Assembly: GCA_012026655.1 (NCBI GenBank)
Contig: JAAILG010001628.1
Location: forward strand, 1-63,947
Origin: Hydrolagus affinis
Taxonomy: Eukaryota
Direction: 5' to 3'
Length of the DNA: 63,947 nt
The notes under the pieces were generated by a model that saw only the letters and a program-made list of their open reading frames with translations, ran no database searches and had not been told where the DNA came from. The position numbers and the translations under genes are program-made. Shown here in pieces: positions 24,701-39,700 of this stretch; position 1 is the stretch's first letter; each line of letters opens with the position of its first letter.

Positions 24701-27700
24701 CTCTTGGTTTGTGCCAGAGTTCTTTCTCTTTCCGCTTGTGAAAACCAATGAAAGCCTCGGTAAAACATTTTCAACAACACCTGAAACTGTACGACACTTC
24801 CAATTTAGCTCGATTCATGCCCAAGCACAAAACTGTACTCACCGATCTTCAAATGTCAACTTGGGCCTTCTCAACTTCAAACCATCTCCTGATGGTGTTG
24901 ATGATGGCAGAGTAGAGCTAACAGGGTTTTTTTCTTGCAACTATAAAATAAAATTTCTGTCAAACTGTATTTCTCACAGTAACGGTCAGGCATAAAAGGC
25001 ACTTTCCATTTTCGTTCTAGTAATTTAACATTTAATTAATACTTTATTGTCCCAAACTAATGATTACTATCTCAATATCAAGGAATGCTGTGAAGAGAGA
25101 AAATCGATCTATAATGATGTAAATTTGAGCTGACAATTGAAAATATTGTTGCAGCCACTGCTGAGCTGTGTAAATTGTATTCAAACTTTGCATTAGTGAA
25201 ATCACTTGTGCAGCATGCTGCAGTGTTTACAGAGAATAGACATAGACAGGAAAAACAGAATACAGAAATATCTACTTCTGATCACTAATCATCGAATCAA
25301 ATCATTTTACAGCATACAAGGAGGCCATTCGACCCATTGTGTCTGTGCTGGCTCTTTGAAAAGAGCTGTTCAAAGTCAATCCTACTTCCCAAGCTCTCTC
25401 TCCATAATCCGTAAGCTTGTTCTCCCCAAATAACCATCCGCCTCTCTTTTAAAAGTCGTCATCGAATTGGCCTCCACACCTGAAACATTCAGGCAATGTA
25501 TTCTAGATTTGAACTGTGTGAAAACATTTCTCCTCACCTCCCCTCTGCTTCTTTTAGAAACTATTTCAAATCTGTGACCTCGAGTGACTGACACACCTAC
25601 CAGTGGAAAATTAATCCAAGCTATTTTGTTCTAAAGTACTGTAATAAGTACATAAAAGAAGTGAGCATTGTGTGGGTGCAGAGTGACATAGGATTGCAAT
25701 CAGCTATGCAACTGCCTAAAGTCCAAGTAACCTGTTTGAAACAGTCCACTGACGATTAAATCTCACATGTAAATAATGGTGAGGTATTGCAGATAGAACA
25801 TGTGCAAGTAATAGTAAGGAAGAAAATGGAATCAATACATCTTCCTGAGAACAGAAAATTGTCAAGGGACAATAGATTTATAATTTCTTAAGAGTATGAT
25901 GGAACGAGGAGCACAATATGAACTCACAATCATGACCCACGGTGTGAGACATCAATTTCAAATCGAAAACACAGAAAAGGTTTTTCTTTAAAAAATGTTA
26001 AGACTCAATCCCTATGTGCATCTCCCAGTATCCAGTCATGGAGTTGCATTTGTTCTTAAGGCTCTCTACAAAGTGCTACCAGTGTAGATAGCTTTTTAAC
26101 ATAATTGGAGATGACTGACCCGGTTCTCCTTGGGACGCATGGATGCCTTTTCTTCTGTCTTTTTATGCTTGGAAGATGAGGAGTTGCTTTTGGTGCTGTT
26201 GCTGCTTTGCTTGGTGCTACTGCTATTATTGCTCTTTGAGGTGGAGGACTGACTAGCAGTTCTCCTGCGGCTCTGATGTTTGTGCTCTGTCTTGGGAGTC
26301 CGTTGTGAAGCAGAGGCAGAAGGAGATGGTAGAGATACCTTGTCTCGTTCAGAAGATGGCCTCAAAGAACTGTGAAGGTAGGAATATAAACGCTTGTTAA
26401 TATTGAAATGATTCACTCTTGATAATGTAAATCGGATTTCAAATGATTCACTCTTGATAACGTAAATCGGATTTCAAATATATAATGATCCACGGAAATA
26501 TCTGCTACTCAATATTCAACATACCATATATATTGTTAATGCTAAAATAACAATTCCAGGGTACCCATGGATAAAATCAGCATGATCAGATAACACTACT
26601 GCTATGGGTGACAAAAATCTGAGGACTTAAATAGCTCCAAAAGCTTATTGAGTATAAAAACCACATGATACTGCTCTCAGCTTTACAGAGCAGAAAGATC
26701 TGGTATCCGTTGGAAAATAGCTCATGAATACATTATTCTAGTTCAAACAAAAAGAATGATCAGTTGGGTAAAGGCGCCAAAGGTATTGATGCTACCCATA
26801 TAACAATACCCCAACTTAAATTGCTGCCTTCAGCAAAGGTTAGTTAAGAGGAAAAACGAGAAAGGAAAAAAAAGGTAGTAATCTAAATGTCAATCTAAAA
26901 TAAATAACTGTACATCTAAAACAGAAAAACACGCACACCCTTATTTTCTTATTCTTACAATGAGCTCCCTTCCAATATTTCCCAGTTACAACAAAATGTC
27001 ATTGATTTTAAACATTAACTCACTTTCCTCTTCATAGATGCTGCCTGGCCCAGCAATCTTATTATTTCAGATAATAATAATCTGCAGTATTTTGTCTTTT
27101 GTTTAACAACTGTACATCCATGAATTAATTTTTTTTCAATTAATGCTTCTCCCTCATTACAGGCAGAGGTAGAATATTACTTACTCTTTGTTGCTTGAAG
27201 TCTTGTGGCTTGTAATCTTTTCTTCTGTTTTAGGCTTCTTATTTTCACAGCTCTCACTCTCTCCATCATTCTAAGCAACACATCACAAAATAATTGCCAC
27301 CAGACTCTTCCCAACTCGTATTAGCTTCAACGTTGCAGCAATTACCATTGCATCAGTAACTACATTAAACATGCATCCCCATTGTGAGGTCACATCCACT
27401 GCCTTCAATTGTAATTACACCACAACAATGGTGTCTTGCATCCTGGAAAAGGAAAACATACCTGGAAAAAGAAGTTTCTAAAAAAATTTACAAAAGTGTG
27501 GTTTTATATTTGCTGCTGAGATTTAGATCCACACGAAACCGATAGTGCATAAGACAGTCTTCGATGTTACTGTATTATTTGTAATAACATTTAAAGGATT
27601 TTAAAATAGAATTGGAGTGGGTAACAAGAATGAAAACCCCTCACAATACGAATTAATTTGGTCTTTTACTATATTTAAAAAGTGCAGTTACAAAAACTCT

Positions 27701-30700
27701 TAAAAGAAAAAAACAATTGTTTGAAACAGTCTACTGACAAGATGGTATAATGCAGCTCCAATAGTTTGGGAGTGATTACAATGTATCAGGGCCACTTAAC
27801 AGCCAGTCCAACTAACACTATTTAAAGTGATACAAATACAGAAAGGCAAATGATTATAATGTGGACACACAGGTACAGGAGCTTGATTAAGAAAGAATAG
27901 AACAAGTAGAAAGTGCACTGTAAAATCTGTGAATATCTGTGGACTCAATTAAAATCCAGTGAAAAACCACCAAACCACACTGTCTTCATAATTACAATAG
28001 CCTTGGAAGTAGACCAGAACTGTGACCTATTTGTGAGAATCCTGTAGCGTTAATATTGTCCACCAGGTATGTGAGCTGAGCAAGAAAGTTGGGTGAAACT
28101 CATCCACACGAGGAGACAAGTGTTTGTGACAGGCAGCATGAGAGTCCTGGAGCTCAGTGGTTAGAGCACTCGCCTTACAAGCGTGAGACCTGTGTTCGAA
28201 TCCAGGCAGGTCAGGGCCATCTCTCCAACACTCTCCCCATAGACAAAATACTGAATTTGCTTGCAGCATCACCAGCTTTACCATTGATTAAATAAGACAT
28301 CTAGTGGCAGAAAATATTATTACAGCATTGCAGTCCCAGGTAAGGATTTGGGGTTTCACGGGAACCAGATTGCTCGCTAAATAGAGCACCCCGAAAAGAG
28401 TAAAATTGGGTACCTACAAATCCAATAAAGGCAAAAATTCATTTTTAAAAAAAGTTTGCAATTAAACACTGAAATATGAAGAGTACCAGAGCAATGAGAT
28501 CATCAAATAATAATAATGAAAATAATCCTGGCATTTGATATGCACCACATATCACATCTTCTAGACGTCTCAAAGCACGGCACAGAATACACTGTAAAGT
28601 GAATTAACTGTATGTTTTGTGAGCGAAACTCAACAGCCAATTGAGTACATCAGGGTCCCACAAACAGTTCAAATTAAGTGACCAAATTATTTTTTTAGAA
28701 AGAATTATTACCTACAGAAAAGTGATCAACTGACAACCAGCTTCCTACTTACAGCCAGGTAAACAGAGACGTGTGGAGTTAGAAAACTTGTCCAACGTTT
28801 CGTCCTGCCGGGAATCGAACCCAGATCCTCTCGCTTGCAAGGTGAGGGCTCTAACCACTGAGCTGCAGGACTCCATGACCAGGATTCTGCTTTGGTTGTT
28901 CTGAATCACCATACATCCTTAACTGAATATCCATTCCAAAAGGTGGTACGATAAGCCTCTATTGCTCCCCATGCCAATCAAAGGGAGATTCTGCGCAGGA
29001 TGGACCATCTGGTCTTAAAATCCCACTTAAGCCTGACCTAATGACAATAATTAGGAACCAAAATAATATACAGTACAGTCCTCTATGGCAGTCATGTTTC
29101 AAAGGAAGCCATGGTATCCGTCTCAGGCGGTGGGGTGTGGGACTAATTAAGTAGCTCTTCCAATAAACAAGCACAAGCAAGATGGGCCAAAAGGCCTCCT
29201 GTGCTATAATATTCTATGATTTGTGTTGTCTGCACTGAATATTTCTAAGATTTCTCCTGCACAATACACAGTATATTTTCTGAAGCACTTTGAGATGTCA
29301 CAATGTAGTGATAAGATGCAAGGCTTATTATTGTTATTATTATTATTAGACAAAGGGTTTGAGACAATCTCCTGATGGGAACAACACAAGATTTTATATT
29401 ATATTGCAAGATCAAACCAGTAGCCACACATTTTCATGCACTTTGCTGAGGTAATTCCCTTTGCTCGGTAAAGAAGATCAATACAGATGTAAAACATTGT
29501 TCATTTTCAGAAGGCACAAACAGTTTACATTTTTTATTCGTCCTGTTGTTCTATGCAGATATACTACACTTAGAAGAACCACCATCGGGTTCAACTGAGT
29601 GTCCCAGTGCTCAAGATACTGAGTTCAGCACACAAGATCCCTAGGTGAGTCCAACAGTACAACATCATCTGAAATAGAAGCACTGCAATTCTATCAGAAA
29701 TGTCTGCAACAGATGGACCAACTTTATCCATTTTCATGCCACCCAAAGATGAATATCTTTACAATTAATAACAATGTATTCTGAAGCCAACGCAATCTCT
29801 CTTACCTTGTGCTTTCTCTTGCCTTTGGCGGTACTTTTTTCAATTGGCTGTTTTGGAGTGTCTCGCATTCGCCTGTCAGAAGAGACCTCCTTGTCCACTT
29901 TAGGCTGCTCAATTTCTTTTTGAGGAGATTCAGGTCTCCTGGACAAGAGACTCAAATCAATTCTAACAATAAGTGAGGTAATGTTGCGAAACTTGTCATC
30001 AACATCACTCAGCGGTGAAAGGAGTTCCTTCTCTTCCATAGGAGAGAAATTCCTCTGTCTGAAAATGCTGTCTTCCCCATCCATGGAGGATTTATGAACA
30101 GGAGTCCTGTTATTCTCTGAATACTTTGGGGTTTGGGATGCGGGAGGGAGGGTCTCGCTTTGCTCAGAATCAGAGGAAGAGGAGTCCGTATCAACATATT
30201 CCTTGGATTTTTGGGGGGTTTTACTTGCACTCTTGTTGTGCTTTCTTTTTTCAACAGTCACTTTAGTCGATTTGGATTTTGTGCTAGGCTTCCTGGAACC
30301 CTTTGTAGCAGCTTTGTGACGATTGGCAGGAATAGGAGTAGCCCTGTCTGAGGTAGGCTCACTTTCAACTTTCAGCCCGCCTCGTTGCTCCTCAGTTACA
30401 GCTGGTCGTTCTGCCTTTTTAGGCTGCTTTTTACCAACCCACTTCCGTTGTGTGCTACCATCACTTTGTGCTGGTGATTTCTGACGACCTCGGTTTTCGG
30501 AACCTTTCTGTGCAGTCCTTGAATCCCTGCCGGATGTGGCTGTGGTCGCATCCTTTGATCCACTCGGATCCTCGTAGGCTGCATTCTGGTCCCTGCTTTC
30601 TTTCTTGTAGCTCTGCGATGACTGGATGTGACTGTCCACAGAAGAAGCTGGGGAAACTTTGTGGGAGTTCCTTTTCAACCAGTTGTCTAGTTGCCACTTA

Positions 30701-33700
30701 CTTGAAGGTGGTCGCTCGGGCTGAACAGAAAAGAGAAATTTAAACATGTACTCACAGAATTACTACACAATTAAAAAAGCACACACACTGCAAGCAAACT
30801 AATTACATACTCTGCGGTCATTTTAATTGTTAAAACCATTAAACTAGTTCTAAAATGTGAAAATGCACTGGCAGCCAATATAATATTATTCGGAGAATCT
30901 TTTTTTTTAACAAATCTAAAGGTTTTATTCACTTTAGAAAGCAAACTAGTTATCCCTCAGTGGAAGCTTTCAGGAGATTGCATTTACCACTTTACATATC
31001 TCGACAGCCATTTATTTTGTAAGTGCTTCTGAATCGTATTTCTATCATGAAATCAAACTGCCATATCAAGGATGACATTTTTAAAATACACCGAGTTCAA
31101 CAATTTACATCATCCAGTTAAGAATAGACAGAGAATTGAATAATTTCAACCACCATTTATTTATCCTGGCTGTGCATCTGCAAATGACTACAACACAGGC
31201 CTTAAGCTGTTAACATTAATAACTGCCAATTATTCACATATAGCAGAAACCATATCCAACCAAACTTAAACATTCACTATTCTAACTGAAATCTGCATCA
31301 GACCTGCTGAAATGTGTTTTGGTAATGAGTAAACATGATGAATTCTGCTGTATTTGACCTGATGCCATTTTTGTTTAAGAACATAAGAAATGTTAAGACA
31401 AAAAAAATCAAGATCCATCTAGTTTGCCTTACACCTTGCACATTTGTCCTAAACTACCTATGTACTACATCTCATATGTTATTTCCTAAAAGAAAACTAA
31501 TCTGTGTTTGAAAAAAATCAACACTTCCTGATTCAACAGTCTCCTTCCTTTCACTGAAACAGTGTTTGCATAGATTTGATCTGAATTTACCCCCACTTCA
31601 ATCGCAGGCCGTGTCCTCTGGTTTTATTACTTTGGATAAGTTGAAAACAAACTGTCATGATTTATATTGCTCCTTTAGAATCTCAAGACCGCAATCATGT
31701 CACCTTTCAATCTCGTCTTTTCCAGCATGAATAAACCCAATTTGCTCCTCATAGTCGCTTCTCATAGTCTCTCCAAAGACTATTGAATACCAAGATGACC
31801 CCCATATTAAATGCGCACACCCTTTTGGGATAGAGAAAAACTTGAACCATATTGAATAATGCCTGCATTTGATGTTGCGACTCATCACTTCGGTGAGGTG
31901 TCTCAAAGTGCTTCAAAGGATTTACTGTTAAGTGTGGCAACTGTGTATTTTGTTGGCAAACTCGCCATTCGATTTGCATACAGTAACATTCCCCCAAACT
32001 GCCATGAAGTGAATGGTCCATTGGCTGGTGATTCTGCCCATTGTGGGGTCAGTGGGATACATGGTACTATGTGCAGACATTGCTACAGTCAGCCAGATAT
32101 GGAGCGAACAAAGACATTGCATTACATTTAATCTGTGTTTGAAAGATTCAACACTTCTTGCTTCAACCATAAGAAAGCACAACAACTATATGGTGACAAC
32201 GGCAAATGTCTAACAACACAAACATTGTGAATATTTTACCTCCCATCACAAAATGAACACTTAGGATTGGGAGTGGCAAATTCAGGTTTACAAAGCTTTT
32301 TTCCTAACTAAAACCATAGGTGGAAACACAGACAATGGAAAGGAAGCATATACAATTATTATAATTACACTATTAACACATCAAATTACATCACACAAAT
32401 TCCAGACATACCTCGGGAGATGCACTCCGAGATGGTTCATTTGCTTCACTGTCACTAGAGCTGCTTTCGCTTTCAGAATCTGATCCAGAACTACTTTCCG
32501 AGCCACTGTGGCTGCTGGAGTCACCCCTGGATGGTTCCACACCCTCACTGTTTTGTTGCGAAGGTTCAGAAGCACTGAAGAGAACATATTTTACAGATAA
32601 TTCTATCAGTTAAGAAACTGAAGTAGATTTTAAATGACATGTTCTTTAAATACAAATCTGAATATCCAGTCGCTCAACTTTTATTTACCACATAAATTTT
32701 AACAGAAATTGAGAATGTAATAATAGTCTCTGGCTACATCCATTATGTTATTTCTATTGTGTGAATAATTCAGCGTTTAGGATTTGTTCACAATGTAATA
32801 GTTATGCAAGGCTGTGGCTAAATAAGCTTACTATAATCAATGGAGGTCAGTAGTAAAACAACATCAATGTGTTAGCAGTTTGCCACCCTTAAAAAAATCA
32901 CATCAGTAGTAATTTGTTATTGACCAAAGCCACAATCTACTTAGGGTGAATAGCTGTGCCAAGCATTACTGCTGGTCCAATATCATCTAGGATTAGGATC
33001 AATGTGCACATGTGGAAAAGAGTGGACAGAATACTTGTACAGGAGAGAGAAGCTTTAAGACAGACTGTATTTTACATCCTCTGCCAGTACTACCTACCCG
33101 CCAGGAGTAGCCCTTGCCGCTGGTTTTGAATCCTAGGAATAAAAAGATATTCATTAAATTCCCATGCATGGATACTGATCAAATTAGGAATCAATATGTA
33201 AGTAACTATTGTAGTGCTTCTTCATTCTGAAATGCTCTACGCGTTCACAGACCAGTGGAGCAAATTAAATTGTGTTAGATTGTCGTGAAACTAAAGTAAC
33301 TAAAGCATTACATAATTTCAATTTAAGTAAGGACAATGGTGTCATAACTGAGAGATCACACACATCTTCCATTATTGTTCTATATGAAACAACAATAAAA
33401 ACCACACAAATGTACAACAAAATGCAATACAGGTTCACTGTACTTCAGTTTTAAAATGCAGTTTCATTACACACAAAGGTAATTAAATCACTGAGCAAGC
33501 AATAGGTTTGATTTGTGAAAAATGAAGAAAGGATGAGAGCTACTACATATTGGTGGGAGAAGAGAGTTTAAAGAATGATGATATTATCTTTAATGGCAGA
33601 CTGAGAAAAATATGAAACAAGCTACCGGAAGCAGCGCAGTTTTAATTGTTCAATCTTATAGCATCTCATAATTTTTTTGAAAGAGGTTGGGTGGGATGGT

Positions 33701-36700
33701 GCATGTAGGGATAAAGAATGGGGTGAATGAATAAGTCACTTCCAAACAGGTCAGCAGTAGGCTCCCACCACATTTTGGCAAACTGGAAAGCAAAGCAACC
33801 TGGCAACTTACAAGTGGTGCAATACAATGCATTTCTAATCCCATCTCCAGCCTCATATTGCTTCTTTCTACACCATCTTGCTGCATGTGATCCTTTGTTG
33901 GCCTGTTGTACCTCCTCCCTTATTCCCTAACTCGTACATTTACACACTTTCCTTGTCTCCAATTAATAGCTCAGTAACAGTTTTTTTTGGTGAGTGAGAA
34001 GGACAGCAAGGGGAATTGAACCAACACAGAGATCAAGAGCCAAATAGCGTTCTCCAGCACAGGGTCCAATACAAACAGTATCAGTTGATCATGGTAGATT
34101 TTTACATTATTCCTGAGACAACATTTGACTTTCATTCACAAAATACAAACACTACGGGGAAGGCAAACCTGATCTGCATCGCTGTCCTCACTGCTGCTGA
34201 GTTTGAGGTCATCCGCCAACATTCTGAACAATAGAAAACAGAAATCATTATTGGGGAGACAATCACTGCCATAAGGAGGCTTCATGCAGATTCGGATCCA
34301 TACAAGTGAAATCAGCATTTACCAAGAGTCTGATGTACTTTCAAAATCAGCCAAGGGCAGATAGGTCTAATATCTATAGACCGTGCATAAGACGCACAAG
34401 ATTTTTTGACAACAAAACATACAGAACCGCAATTGGAGTGAAACTGATGTCACTGCACGACTAAAGAATGACGAAAGTCAGGAACAAGTAAGACTCCAAA
34501 TAACAAGCAAACGTAGGCATCGCTGCCATTGAATCCACCGTGATAAATTTGTACTACATTAGACTAAAAAGATATGATAGGGAAAGGAGACAGTAACTTT
34601 GCTTCAAAATGTATCACACAATTACAACACTGTTCCACTGGGAGTTCAAACCTTTTAAATAGGATCCTTACTTCTATAATTTTGCATCAATGCACAATAA
34701 AGTGCAAATCCCCACCTCAGTTGCCAGGTCTGCTAATACATTTATAGCTGTCAACCTCTCAATAGCTATCTTTACAATGTTTTAAAAATAAAAGATAGTT
34801 TTCTCTTGAATTCTTTTGTCAGATAATCTACAAATTTGAACAAAGTTATTAGAACCTTGCAGTGATATTGCCACAACAAATAGTGAAAACATTAGGATTA
34901 GGTAGAAAATTAAATGATGGGATCATTTGAGTCCTAAACTGTTTATACAAAAGCATGTTGCAGTGTCTATTTCATATATCGTGCACTTGCAACATTCACC
35001 AAAGTATATTTTGTTCATTCTGGGTATCTACCTAATACGACAAAAGCCCGTTTATCCGTGACCCGATTAACCGGATTGCTTGAACCCCTCCCGGGGCAAT
35101 TCCCCATTCCAGCAATTGTGAGTATGCTCAATTTGTGCGTGCGCACTTATTAAACTTACAAACTTGGAGGTTTTAACCGATCAGTAAAAAATGCTTTATT
35201 GGTAAGTAGCTATACAATATTCTGTTACTATTTAGTATATTATTACTATAGTATGTTTTAACATAAAGTAAATTTTTTGAGTTGGGTTTTCAGCAACTTG
35301 CCACCCGATTATCTGGCACAGTCAATTAGTCGACTCCCCCTCCCCCCTATCATGCCGGATAAACAGGCTTTTACTGTTTACTGCTTTTTATTGCTTTAGT
35401 AAGTTTCAAATAGTTTTTATTCTGAGTGGAACCTAGATGGTTAGTAACACAAGCTGCAATCTGATATTATTACCAAACCTTTCAATAACTGCAATTCCTC
35501 TGTAAAATAATAATTCTTGCATTTGATATAGAGCTTTTCAAAACTTCTAGACGTCCCAAAGTACTTCACAGAATGTACTGTACAGTGAATTGACTGTATA
35601 TCTGTGGGCAACATGCGGCAGCTAATTGTGCATAGCAGTATCGCACAGGCAGGCAAGGATTGAAATGACCAATTTATTATTGTTGTTTTTTCTTGAGGAA
35701 TTATTATCAATAAACTCAGAATGGGAGCATGGCATATTAATTCTAAAAGCTTCAAACAAAATCAAAATAAAGTTAAATTATTTTTTCTGGTTTAATAGCT
35801 CAATAATGATCCAGTGGGCTAAATTCTGTCTGTTCATTCTATAAGGGAATAATAGTCATTGGGAGATTGACTTACATTGACGCAGCTTGGTCAGGTTCAC
35901 AGCTATTTAAAAAAAAGGAAAATGGTGTTATATCTAACCGCTTGTAAATAAACTTAAAATTACTGAACTAAAGTTACTTTTTAGACACATTAAGTATAAC
36001 TTCATTCATTTTGTATTGGAGATCTGCAAGACTGTTTTAAAAATGTTTTTAAAAATGCAGTTTCAAGGCTCGGCCAAGCACAATATTTTACAGATGACCA
36101 CAAGCCACGACTGCGGAAATGCATGACCTAAATAAACCACTCTAGCTCAAGAAAACAAACAAACAAACAAAACAATAAAGTAAACTCTATTTATTTATTT
36201 TTTTCCAGGCAATCCTCTTCAACCGCGCCTACAGTCACCTCCTCTGCATCCCAACTCAGCATCGTGCTATGCCACTGTTAAGTGCTCCGAGACCCTACCC
36301 TGTGTGAGCAGTGCTATATAAATGCAAGTTGTTGCATTCCATTGCTATTGATGTCATGCATTCAGTCAACATAATCTAAATGGTCTGTGCTGCAGGGATG
36401 CCCAGAGGTTGGTCAAGATCAGAGGGATTTAACGAAAGGAGTTGAAAACAAAATCACTTTGGTTTTCCCCAGACAGCCAAGCTACGTTTGCGTATTTCTC
36501 ATCCATAAATAAGGGGAAACACCACTACTCTGGGCAGGATTTCACTGTAATAACATACTGAGCTACTTCAATAAAGTTTGCTTAGGCCAACTCCAGTGCC
36601 TCCCAGTACCAGCTATTTGTATCAGACTTGTAATCAAATCTGGTATCTTTGTTGTCTCTATAGCAGAGTATTATTCAATAAGTCACCAGAAAACCCTCAA

Positions 36701-39700
36701 TCTATTCTGGCAGATCCCATACACTTGCAATTACTGTAGTGAAACATAGTTATAATAACAACATTATATTTGTAATAGTGCCTTTCACATTGGGAGGATA
36801 TCCCAAAGTTGGGACATAAAATCCTAAACCAGGATGATAGGGTGCAGTCAGCGATCTCCCATTCACTTCATATTAGACCAAGAAATTGGTTAGGTTAAAC
36901 TAAAGGTTTACTTACCTTTCAAGTCAATTAAATTTACCCCTCTACAGTATGTATAGGTTATGAAAATAATAACTGGAAAAAAGCTCATCTTCATCTGAGA
37001 AAAATAGATTTTCTCTCTGAGGACAAAGCTTTGATGTCTCATTCTTATGGTAGGGGAGAGAAACAAAACATTCAGCTTCTTTGAGGCATTTTGCCTGCTG
37101 TGATGTTGGTGATGATTGATATGACCACTTATAGAACAATTGGGGTACCTGACATTTATTTATTTTCTACTTAAAACTCACCTGTATCTTTCCCATTCTA
37201 AATTAAACTTCAACCTTCCTCACTTACTTGTACTCACCAAGACAAGAAAGTGGACAAAACTGAGAACTACTTACGATTTTGCTCGATTATTGGAGGCCGC
37301 TTTCGGTGTAGCAGTGTATCTCTCTGCAATTAAAATCTCATTATTAAAAAAAAGTCTTTACGATTGCAAAGACAAACCGTGCAGTTAAAATGTAAAAATA
37401 ATGGACAGCATGTTGTGTACCAGTGACAGCACATCTGCAGTTCTCGTCTGCAATTCCCCATATGGAGAGTTGGTGAAAATTGGTTACCAGCACACATTGG
37501 TCAATTCCCACAGGAGGAATAATTAATAATAAGAGAGAAATTGCCGTGGACTGCTCTTGGGCACCTTCTAGCTGTCAGCCTCTCAACAGCTTTCAAGCGA
37601 AATGGGTGGAGATCACCCGTCTGCCCTATTAGACATGGAACAAGATTTGAAGAAAACTTCATGCAGTTGAACTGCTATTTGAAGTAGATAAATAATAATA
37701 ATCCTTGCATTTTATACTGCACTTTCCACGTCTTCTAGATGTCTCAAAGAATATACTGTAAAGTGAATTGACTGTATATTTGTGGGTGAAACGCAGCAGC
37801 CAATTGGGCACAGCAGTGTCCCACAAACAGTCGTGGATTGAGTGACCCAATATTTTTTAAGAGGGATCTCTTAAATTGTGTGGAATAAGGAAAGTAAGCA
37901 AAGAAACTTGCTCAAGTTTTCGCTCTGCCTGGAATCGAACCCAGCTCTCTCACTTGCAAGGCGAATGCTCTAACCACTAAGCTACAGGGCTCCATGGAAT
38001 TAGGATTAGAAGATTAGCCATGATCTTATTAAATGGCGGGGAAGTCTCGAGGGGCCGAATGGCCTACTCCTACTTTTTATGTTCTTATGTTCAAGAGGCA
38101 AGATCTCTACCAACTGAGGTTTGAAAGCAGTGAGAAAGGCACTAGGTAAATGAACCTGTAAACATACTGGAACTAGAGAGCAAGTTACTGGTCATCTCCA
38201 CACACATATACACACAAATAACCTCCCATCATGAGTACCATCCAAACAATGGCTGGCAATGCTTGTGGGAGCAGTTGCCACTGACCCGTTGGGTTTCCAC
38301 CCAGCACAGCTTAATGATGTCAGTTGCAACCTGAGATCAGGAAGTACTTACTGACTGGCAGACATTTTCCTCAAGCAGGGCTTTAAACTATTGACCTAAA
38401 TCATCATCTTATAACTGTGTCCCTCTGAATTTGGAAAATATTGTGAGGTGTTGACATTAAAGTCAATGAAATCAAATGCAAGAGTGATCATGTCTCTGTA
38501 GCTGCAGCAAACACTTAACTAGAATTGGATAAGATGGAACAAAGGCAGTTACTTTCTAATATCTTCTAGTGTCTGAACTTTCTAATATCTGACACTTTGC
38601 TACTTTATTTCAAGGAAGAGAGAGCAGGAGAATCATTGTACGAATGATCCAGAACAGCCTGGAATTTATTTTGGCCAGGGTTGGGGGAAGATTCACAATT
38701 GTTGTCTTTGTCCTTGGAACTCCCCAGTTGTATTCTATAACTAGCTATTGATGGAAATGCTTTGTAGAACTTTAGATGACTCAGACATGCCTTAGTATAG
38801 TTGATAATACCCCAAAGTCAGCTTCTCCCCCTCCTTCCAAAATATATGCCTCATTACGTTTTGCTTTAGATATGACAACAACTTAACTGTACTTTTAGTA
38901 AAGGTGAAAACTAACCCGTTGAGTAAAAGAATAGCTCTATTATCCTACAGCATCTTTGATTCCCATTTTTGAGGCTTTTAACTCATTTGAACATTCCTTG
39001 CAGAGAATATAGGTAAGTGACCAGTTTTCCTCCATTCCAGATTGCTCTGCAAATAGCTGCTAGGCATGCAAGAGAAGTAAAAGATTATTTGTGCACTGAT
39101 TTTCACTGATTGTGGAGGAGTTGCCCAACATTCCTTGGCTCTCACTATTCAATAATTCAGCAGTTAATTTTAAAAAAGGATCAGATTACTCATATTATGA
39201 TGGCAAACCAATTCCTGGAATAAGTCTCATAATACCAGCACTTGTATTTAGTATAGCACTTTGTCAAAATGTCAAAGTGCTCCCTGCAATGAATTACTTT
39301 AGCAGAATAATGACTATTATATATACCTTTTAAAAGTATATTGACAATTCTGTAGACAAATGTAGAATCTTATGTGTACTAGCAACATTCCACAAATAGC
39401 AATGTGATGGGATTGACCATTAATCTAGTATTTTGGTAACAGAATGTGGGAGGAAAATTGGCCACAAAGCTGGAGAAACATCCTCTTTATTATGAAATAG
39501 TACCATGGGACTGTTTACATCTAGCTGAGTCACCGGAACAGGTTCCTCCGGGAAACAAAACTCTCCCTCAGTTGCTGTATTTGGAGTGTCTAGGTTATGA
39601 GCTCACATCCTGGACAATGGGCCAAATGTTACAAAATTACCTATTCAATAGTTGGAAACCATTTCCACAAGCTTAATACAGCCTATAAATTCCAGAAACA

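Noticed and set aside
26990-27102. Degraded copy of the Penelope-type repeat
   Set aside because: The hammerhead core is not intact (aaacattaactc, no CUGANGA), so it is not called as a ribozyme.
28140-28215. tRNA-like sequence (agctcagtggttagagc...gttcgaatcc)
   Set aside because: It matches the head of the abundant SINE family, has no convincing acceptor stem and no Pol III terminator. Not called a tRNA gene.
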